Shown here: positions 49,214 through 58,349 of the stretch, in pieces | Numbering within the stretch: the first letter of the stretch is position 1 | Layout: each line of letters opens with the position of its first letter | Assembly (NCBI GenBank): GCA_048213135.1 | Contig: PS015039.1 | Span: forward strand, 279,619 to 337,967 | Direction of reading: 5' to 3' | DNA length: 58,349 nt | DNA from: Reclinomonas americana ATCC 50394 | Taxonomy: Eukaryota | Notes under the pieces: model-generated | What the model was told of the DNA's origin: nothing | Seen by the model: the letters and a program-made list of their open reading frames with translations, nothing else | The model's database searches: none | Position numbers and translations under genes: made by a program

Positions 49214-51316
49214 ATGCGACGCGCGCGGGTTGTTCTTCCGGTGCTCGTTGTCTGCTCATTGCTGCTGGTGTGCGCTGTGTCACTGGTCACTGCCACTGAA
49301 GAGAGTGCATACCCCGCATATGCTGCTCGCTGGTCAGTCACTTCTGCTCTCTCTGTCTCTCCCACGCACACTCTCACTCTCTTGTGTCGCAGGCGCTTTG
49401 ACACGACCTTCTCTGTGCGCGATGTGGTGAATGGGCAACCGACGACCATCCGCGGCAGTGTGACTCTGCGAGAAGGCGATCAGATTGATGAGGTGGTCGA
49501 GCGAGCGATGCGCGACAAGTCGGTTCCGCAGCGCTTGTCGTGGGTTCCGTCCATGGTATACCGCGATTCGTCGCGCTTGCTCACGGCCAGTCGCAAGAAG
49601 GCAGCTGCTGCTCGTGTGCTGGAAGTTGCGTTGAATCGGGGGGAAGAGAGCCGAGCCTGTGACAGTAGCTGACGGTGCTTGCAGAGCAATGAGCAGGCGA
49701 CTGCGGGGCTTGGTGGGCACACAGAGTCGGTGCTGCGGTCGCGTGGTGTTCACGAGCTGACGGGTGATGCGAGGGCGCAGTGGGCGGCGGATTACGAGAT
49801 CATGGGCGTTGAGTGATGTGATCCGAGGCTCTCTGTGGTCGCTGCTGTGCTGACGATGGCGCGCGCACACAGAGACCGCTGATGCAGACGACAATCACCA
49901 AGACGCAGCCGCCACTGATCCTGTCGGTGATGCACAACGAGCAGACAGTGGTGTGTTATCATACATGTGTGTTCGTGTGGGGTTGTCTGCGGCAACTGAT
50001 TGTCGCTGCGCGTGTGTGTGCAGATGTTGTTGCGAAGCGGATTGTGGGCGCAAACCGAGACCGCCGTGTTCCACCGCATCTTGCACGAGCGCTGCAAGCA
50101 GCAGCCGGCACCACTTGTCATCGACGTTGGCGTTGCGTGCACTGGCATGCTGTCGTTGTTGTGTGCTTCGATGATGTTCACTGCGGGGTTTGTGCAGGCC
50201 AACTTTGGTTACTTTGGACTGATGGCGGCCTCGCTCGGCTGCCGTGCGTGGCTGTTCGAGCCGATTCCCTCGCTGGCGTCACTAATCCGCTTCAACGCCG
50301 CCCTCAACGGTCTCGAGGGACTCGTGCGCGTGTTTGAGAACCCCGTGATGAGCAAGAGCGGCACGCCGTATGTTCTCATCACCGAGGTACGATGGTTGCG
50401 AGACTGCATGTGTGTGTTCACGTCCAACGACTCATTCCATCGCGTGTGTTAGACATTCATGGGCAGTGCTGTGCGCCCAGCTGACGCTGGCGAAGAGCCC
50501 GACATCGAGTCGGTGGCACTGGAGGATTTGATCGACGAGGACGTGCTGCTGATCAAGATCGATGTCGAAGGCCTGCAGCAGGAGGTGTTGCAGGGAATGG
50601 AGGGCCTGTTTGCCAAGCACCGCGTTCACAACGTGGTCATTGAGATTCTTCCGGAGCACGTGGTACGTGTGCTGTGCTTCCTTTCGCAATCATTCTATCA
50701 TCGCGTCCTCATATGAGTCGATACAGGTGCCGGTGGCTCGACGCACGCCACAACGCGACTCCATTGAGTGGCTGTGGACACACTTTGAGAAGCAGGGTGC
50801 TGTGCGAGCCGTCAACTGGCGCGAGGAGTATCTCACGCGTATTCCGCCCACGTTTGACTTTGACCCCAAGGTATGTGTGTCTCTGTCTCTCCTGGATTGC
50901 CAAGTATCTCTGTCTAACTGATTACTGGGTGCAGAATCAATGCAACGTTGCGCACCGAGCACGTCCCGATCTCACACACGTCCCTGGTTCGTAAACTGAT
51001 TGACTGCCATTTCCTCCCACAGATGGTGGAAATGGAGCGTTCGTGGAGTCACGTGACGCAACCAGAGGTGTGGTTTACCTCCGACGTGGAGGAGATTGAG
51101 CGCCTCGGCAAGCCCAAGTCCCCGCTGCCGGCTGGCGAAGACGCCGATCTGAATCCCGACTGCTTCTTCCGCCAGCACCAGCTGTATCGGTTGCGTGCGA
51201 GCAGCAGGGCGCGCACAGAGAGAGAGAGCGCGCGTGTCCGTTCTCACTTCATCACATCACATGTCTGCAGATATCCCTACTTTGAGGCCGATTACTGGAA
51301 GTCTCTGACGGCTTGA
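49214..51316 (+). CDS. FkbM-family SAM-dependent methyltransferase with signal peptide
   Basis: VIDVG|ANFGYFGL..AWLFEP, LLIKIDVEG.QQEVLQG, VVIE; hydrophobic N-terminus VVLPVLVVCSLLLVCAVSLVTA. Confidence 0.9.
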
Positions 51317-51395
51317 TTCTCTCTCACGGTACCAGACGAGAAAAAGAATCAGTTAACATTTAATACTTAGATTGGGCGATTGTGGGTGGCGGGTG

Positions 51396-54300
51396 TCACA
51401 CTCGCTGATCTTTCGGCGGTAGCGAGGCGTGCCACAGACTCTCGAACTCGGTCTGTGCACACGCGAATGGCGCACTCAGAACACAATCAAGTGCAACCAC
51501 AGCGACGAGCTGGCGACTTACCCGCCGCGATTTGTAACACTTGGCCGGCACGGGTGCGTTGCTGACAGTCTCGGCGGCGTCGAGCTCCTCCAGGTCGAGC
51601 AGCGAGTCGAGTTCTTCGTGCTTATTCGGTGCGCAACAACAACAGCACGAACAGCACTTGCCAGCACCGGAGATGGCGAAACGGTCCTTGAGGGGATCGT
51701 GCATGGCGCCGGTGGTGTGTCGCACAGCGGGGATGGTGATCTGCCGTCGAGTCAACAAAGAGACGGAGAGAAACGAAAAAGGTGAGAGGGAATCCACAGC
51801 ACCTCGTCGAGAATGCCTGCAGCAGCAAGGCGGTCGGTGCCACCGTAGGAGCTGGTGTATGCCGACGAGGACAGGACGGTGCGTCCACTTGGCGCAACCA
51901 CCGAGCTACCGTCATGATGGATGTGCTTTGGGCGGACCTTTGCCTTCTCGCGCACCTTGCCGCGACTAGAGCAGCAGCATTTGCAGCGTGGCAGCAGTCG
52001 CTTCCAGCACGCCAGCGGGACCAGTAGCCATTCGCAGCCAATGTGGACGAGCAGATTCACCAAGGCAACGCCCAGCATGATCAGACGGAAACGCAGCGGC
52101 ATGTTATCCAGCTGCATAATGTTGTAGATCACGGGCTTATCGGTGCCGAATGTCATGTACACACACAGGCCGAGATTCGCCAGCAGCGACACGACCAGCA
52201 GCACTGTGAATCATCAAGTGAGGTTAAGGGAGAGAGTACAACTCGGTGAAGATGCATTGGCGACGACAACATACGATTGGTGTACAGAGGACGCCGATAC
52301 GGTCGCCCAGAGTTGAAGGCAAGTGCTGTCCACAGGTACTGGTAATTCGCAATGACAACTGTTGGCGAGGCAGAATACGTGAGTGGACGGAAGACGGCAC
52401 TCAAAGCGAAAGTGAGAGAGCACGCACAGATGCTGGTGGTTTCGTAGCACACAATGTTGGGACTGTGCGGATCGGGGATTAGTGGATGGAACCTGCATGC
52501 ATGCAACACAAATGTGTGAGAAGGTTGGTTGTGCGGCGATGACGAGACGCCAACATGCGCACCACGACTGTGTCCGCAGATAGAACCAGATGAGCAGCTG
52601 TGAGGAGAAGCACACATGCACGTGAGGTAACGTGCATTAGCAAGCAAGGTCCCATCGATCGCCACCAACCTGGAAGCCAAGAGAGGCCAAGATTTGACCG
52701 AAAAGCGACACCATGATCTTGCGTGAAATGAGCGAACCCGGGGGCCTCTTCCGATCCAGCGTTGGATATGCGTGTGTGTAGCCCACTGCATGTCAAGTGT
52801 GAGTGAAATATGCCACGCAAGGCGACCGAAAAGGACGATCCGCAACTTGCCAGGGTGACGGGAAGTACCAGAATGAGGTCTGCAGCAGACGGCTTAGCAA
52901 AGAAGCAACGCGGTGAGCACAAATGCGTCACGCGACTCACCAATGTAGCTGCATCGGTACAGAAAGCACATAAAACAGATGAGTGATTCTCTTACCCGAG
53001 CACGATTGCAAATATGGGCGATGGCACGCAACAAGAACTGCCAGTTGCCCAGGTTGCTGTACGTGCACACGTACACGAGACTCAATAATGGCAACAGACA
53101 ACTTCCGGAACGAGATACAAGCACACTCACCTGTTGATGTGGTACAGCGCCATTACCGAGATGAACTGCACATGCAAAGATTATCATCAATATATCATTC
53201 ACAGGAAACGATTGTTGCACACACACCTGGATCATCGAGTACAGCGCCATGTACTGCAATACGCCCACAGGGTGAGCGTACAATAACTTTCATGAGTTCG
53301 CGTGAAACACACGCACTGACCTTGAACAATGAGAACGAAGTCACCAGTGCCGCACGGCCCTCGCGCAACAGGGTGATCACGGAGCCGACTGAATTGAGCT
53401 TGGACGTGAACGGTGCCGCAATCGAGGCCTCGGCTTCCGACAGCGACACTCCCACCTGCATGGAGTAACTTCAACCACAACGCACGAGGATTATGGCAGC
53501 GTCTCCCATTCTCTCCCCACGCACGTGAGCAGCCTTGAGTGCTCCGCAATCGTTGGCACCATCTCCGCACATGCACGACACATAGCCCATTTCCGTGAAA
53601 CGCTCCATGAGGCGAGACTTGTGTTGTGGACTCATGCGAGCAAACACCGGAGTGCCGGCCAGCATGCGTTGGAAGAGTGCGCACGGACGGTCGGCTGTGT
53701 GATCCTTCTCGAGCAGCTCGAATGCACGACCCGTCACCGCGAGCTCAAACTCGCCAACCGGCCGTGAAGGCTGCACCAGAGCGGAAGCATTAATTTCGGA
53801 TAGAGGTGGAGAGACAGGAGGAGCACCGGCGACGCACCACAAGCGTTTCGGGGTCGAGCGTCACTCGCGGGTCGCGGGCATCTCTCCACTCGACACGTGC
53901 TCGACCACCTCCAGCACTCTCGACGCGATCGCAGATGAATGTGCGGCGCGATTCCTGCAAGATGTGGCAGTCCTTGGCTACCTTGACAGCCGTAAGCATG
54001 TTGTCGCCTGTGCCACACACACTTGGTGAGTTCTTCGTTGCGACGGCTCTCGTCACAGTCCGCTGCTTCTCACCAGTGACCATGACCACACGAAGACCAG
54101 CATCGAGCAGCGCCTGAATGTGACCACTCGTGTCGGGCTTCAGTCGATTCTGCATGACCACCAATCCCAGGAAGACAATGTCGCGTTCCAGCGTTTCTCT
54201 GCGAGACAGTCAGACTCAACAACACACCTGATGTCTTGCAGTGACCCACCTCTGCACTGAATCGGGGGCGACGGTTGTGTTGTCCAACTGACGCATACCA

Positions 54301-57300
54301 TACGCAAGCACGCGGAAGCCACAGCTAGTGTATGCGTCGAGAATGTCGTTAAAGTCCGCCGGCACTGCACATTGGCGTGTCAGACTGATTGATGGGAAAC
54401 TGCAGTTCTGTCACGCACATACACACCAGTCTCTGGGCGTGCAAGCTCCTGCAGTCGCTCGGGCGAGCCTTTGATGTAGAGAACAGAATCCTGACTGTCC
54501 GACATGGCGCGAGTGAGCACGCTCATGCGCTGCAAGTGACTGGAGAAGTCGAAGCGTCGCAGCACGCCGATTCCATGCTGGTGGGCAGTGAGACGACACT
54601 GACGGAGGGCAGAATGGAACGTGTATGCCTCACCTCGACAGATTCGCGTGGCCCGTGAATGACAGCACGCACATGCTGATCGTGGACGTGACCTGAATGG
54701 AACTCTTCCATCACGTATTCCGTGCTGGCAAAGATCTTTTGCTCCAGCGGATCGCCAATCAGATCGCCGTTGACGTAGGTGAGGCCGTGGCACACGGCCA
54801 TGGCGCGCTCCAACAGATGCGGTTGGCGAATGGCCGCCAGTGACGGGAGGTGTTCGCCAAACGCGGCGTGCCTGTAGCGCGACGATGAGAAGCTTGTAAC
54901 TGGGTACACAATCGTGTTCAAGAGATAAAGATGCACCTGCCACTGGCCAGATGGACACAGCGCACGGCGGCCACATCGAGACCCTCTTCTGTCAGTGTTC
55001 CGGTCTTGTCAAAGCAGCAAATGTTGACCTTGCCTGCCACGTTGACTCTGCGCAAGGGAGGAAAAAGACAGGTCAGTGTGCTTTGGTGACGATCTTATCA
55101 GCAACAACAGACAATCACCTCGGCGGACTGATGCAGAAGATTTGCTTCTTCTTCAGGCGACTGATGGCAAACATGGTGCCGACCGTCATGGCCACCTGCA
55201 TCAAACGCGTCACAATCCCAGTGCGCGCGACAGCTCACACGTGCATGCAACCGTGAATGCTCACCGGCAACGCTGGCGGAACCACCACTGTCACCAGATC
55301 GGCACAGCGCAGGAGGATCTCAGTCACTGGCACACCGCGCTGGATGAAGCCAATGAGACTGATGCCGAAGCCCAGAAGTGCTGCGCGAACAGCGTAAGCA
55401 TACACGTGTTGACGCATCTTCAAGACACGACCACACACCGATGCAAGCCAGAACTCCAATGAAGCGCCAGCCGTCCTGGTAGAAGCGGAACGAAGTCGGC
55501 TTGGGGAACAAGATAGAGCGAACGAGCTTGCCCTTGGAAGTGGAGAAACCGGTGCGACACACAAACGCCGACACGCGGGCGGCGTGATACTTGCGCGTCT
55601 GGATGACGACGGTGCCGGCGTACAGCGTCTGCTTCTTGTCCTCCTCCACCAAGTAGAGCTGCGCTGGTGCGGAATTCGTCGGCAGCGGAGTCTTGATCAC
55701 GGGAATCGACTCGCCTGTTGAAGAAGTGAGTGACGACGCGGTGCACTATACATGCACAGAAAACATTCTGTTTCCCAACATACCAGTGAGTGAACTCTCG
55801 TTCACCACCACTTGGCCACTGTGCATGAAAGAGAGTGCATCAGTGGCGCATCACAAATTGACGACGCACTTGCGAGAGAGTGTTAACCTGAGCAGAACAA
55901 CGTCGCACGGCATGTACATGTTGTCGTGCAACTCGATGAGATCGCCAGGCACGAGCGTGAGTGAGGACACCTCCATCCCTGCCGTGTACGGTGCATGTCA
56001 GCTCACTGGCACGAGAAGACACAAAGCAAGTATACGCAACACTGTCCACCGCGGTACACGGTCACTGTGCACTCGTGTCGGGCCATTTGCCGCAGATTGA
56101 TGAAATTGCGACGTGTGTCGATCAGGGAAATGACAGCAGACAGGGTGGCCACAGCGAGAATCGCCATGGCATACTGCGATAAGGACCGGGAGCATGAGAA
56201 AGCTGACAAACAGTGAAGGCAGCAGAAGCGACGCGCACCGGAACGTACTGGTCGAGCGACCACACCACCACACTCCAGATTTGAAACACTGCGCCATGTC
56301 AACGACGAGTGTTAGTCGGCAGTCTGCACGCACAACAGAGAAGCATCGGCTGCACCGTAGAACGGATGGAGAATCTCGTCAATCAGCAAGAGGAGCCAGT
56401 TCTTGACCTTGATGTCGATCACATTCTCGCCAAACGCCACCAGCGCCTGTCGCCACTGCTGCGTACCCAGCCCTCGTGCATACCGCTCATGAAGGGTGCC
56501 GTATGGCAGAGCCGACTCAAAGCTGCAGCCGGTGTGAGCACGCAAACATGGAGTGGATTAGTTGAGCTGTCGACGCAACTGTCGCTGCTCAAACGCGTCG
56601 CGGGCGCGATTGTAAAAGAAACGCGCGCAGCGGAACTCAAACATGCGCACAGTCTCCGCGTCTCCATCATCCTCATCGTCCACAACACGCAGCGGAATGC
56701 GCAGCGGCTGAACCGAACACAGTTGCCACTCGTGATTAACATCCTGCACGCGCGTAACGAATCGCTCAACACGGTGACCCAGCGACCACAACGGATGCAC
56801 CACCTCACGCCAACAGGCGCACCATAATCAACACCGCCGTGGCCTTGGAGAACGGACACCGCACATGCGTCAGTGTCACAAACAATCTCGGAATCCAGTG
56901 CGACAGCAGCAGCAGTATGCCACACGTGCACAGCGACAGCAGCACAAAGAGAGCGGTCAGACACCACGATCGCCGGTATCCAAGTGCTTGCCGCACCAAC
57001 TGTGTGCGAGAGCATGCATCAGAGTTTGACGGCGGAACAATGCATGCACTGCTGCAGTCACACTCACCAAAATCTCGTCGTCTTCCGTCATGCGGGCTGC
57101 AGCAGCTGCGGCCGCGGCGGCAGGCGGAAGAGCATAGGCACTCCATGCACCTGATTCGCCTACTGGCGACGCGCGACCTGCATGTGAGTGTGAATGCATG
57201 TGAGACGTTTCTCGTGACATCTGCGTTTGGCTGTTCGCGTGATGCGCACCAGTGCCGAGATCGCAGGTGCCTTCGTCATCGTCGTCGCCGCCGTCATCGT

Positions 57301-57465
57301 CGTCGTAGTCGTCGGGTCCGCGATTCAGCAGAAACGGCGCGACATCATCATCGGCGTCGGTGCGCACTGTTTGGCGTTCAGTGAGTGCTGCGCTGTGTGG
57401 AAGAGGGGAGACACTGTGTTGACATGCACACACACGCATGAACACCACGCACCGCGTCGGCTCAT
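51396..57465 (-). CDS. P5B-type ATPase (ATP13A2-5/Ypk9-like)
   Basis: [106 protein letters not shown]. Probable start MSRR at 57465. Confidence 0.95.
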
Positions 57466-57536
57466 GAGAGGAAGAATGGACGGAGAAAGGACACCGACGA
57501 GGACGGACAACTGTTGTGTGTTTCTCATTCATTCAT

Positions 57537-58349
57537 TCATTGCATGTGATGGGGTTGGTTCGACCAGTTCCCGCCCGGCGGGTGGCCACCATCGCCGGCA
57601 AGTAGTGGTGGAGGCGTGTGGTCATCGACTTCCATGCGACGATCCCAGCCACTGCCTCCGCGGCGACGATCACCGCGATCTCGATTGTCTCGATCGCGGT
57701 CCCGATCACGCTCTCGGTCTCGATCTCGGTCGCGGTCTCGGTCGCGACCGCGGTCACGGTCACGGTCGCCCTCACGATCGCGATCACGTGAACGAGGCGG
57801 CGACTCCGACGGGCTGTGTCCTCGACGTCGCGATGGTGAGTGGCCTCGTGCCGACTGCTCTTCGTGAATGAATCTGCATTCGTTGCCCTCGCGGCAGCCA
57901 CGCGCCGAAGAGTAGAAGCGACACTTGGCAGGGATACTGGGTCGATGAGCACCGGCTCCCGACGAACGGGGTGGCGACGGTGATGGTGATCTCCTCCGTG
58001 ATTCGCGAGATGATGGCGGTGGTCCTCCACGGCCTTGCGAGTCTCCTCTATCGCGCTCCTGCACACACACACACGAGAGAGAACAGAGGACAGTGAGTAT
58101 CGCAGTGACAAGAAACGCTGTGTCGTGCACACACAAGCACTCACCGGCGAGTAACGAGGTGGCGGTCCGCCACCGTAGCGCGGGTCACCGTGAGGCGGCG
58201 AAGCATACGAGGGGATGGCGTACGGCGGGAGCTGCTGCGACGAAGGAGGCAGCGGCGGCGGTGGCGCCGGGGCACCGTACGCACCCGGATGTGCAGGTTG
58301 TGACTGCGGAGGTGGTGGTGGTGCGTACGGCGGCCGAGGACCGCCTGGC
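57537..58349 (-). CDS. 3' part of a Pro-rich, CCCH zinc-finger, RD/RS-rich protein (probable RNA-processing factor)
   Basis: CRFYSSARGCREGNECRFIH followed by RDRDRE dipeptide repeats. The upstream Pro-rich exon runs off the window. Confidence 0.8.

Overview
Eukaryotic, gene-dense, GC-rich genomic scaffold from an unidentified protist-like organism. It has many short GT-AG introns, (CA)n/(GA)n microsatellites, N gaps and 454-type read-tail artefacts. The ORF track misses most genes because they are spliced, so I rebuilt exon chains by hand and boundaries are approximate. Gene order: at least six atypical bromodomains apparently spliced in frame into ORC2 (+); UBAP1-like (-); a Sec7/Mon2-family DCB-HUS protein with no Sec7 domain (-); nucleoredoxin-like with two CPPS sites (-); PDI-like with SGHC and a hydrophobic tail (-); seryl-tRNA synthetase (+, two internal contigs flipped); an MGC-start hypothetical (-); EGF-flanked PhoD phosphatase (-); two tandem paralogues of a degenerate kinesin / coiled-coil / Ada-like Zn-finger gene (-), the second expanded by a ~220-250 bp exon-intron array; DTD1 (-); a probable mitochondrial membrane protein (+); an asteroid/FAM120 PIN-family protein (-); an FkbM methyltransferase (+); a P5B ATPase (-); and the 3' end of a CCCH/RD-rich protein (-). 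Best novelty candidates: the poly-bromodomain-ORC2 fusion, a recurrent GTTGCG 5' splice site lacking +5G, and the pseudo-kinesin whose coiled coil is built from 42-nt two-heptad exons. I recognised no rRNA, tRNA, CRISPR array or transposase.
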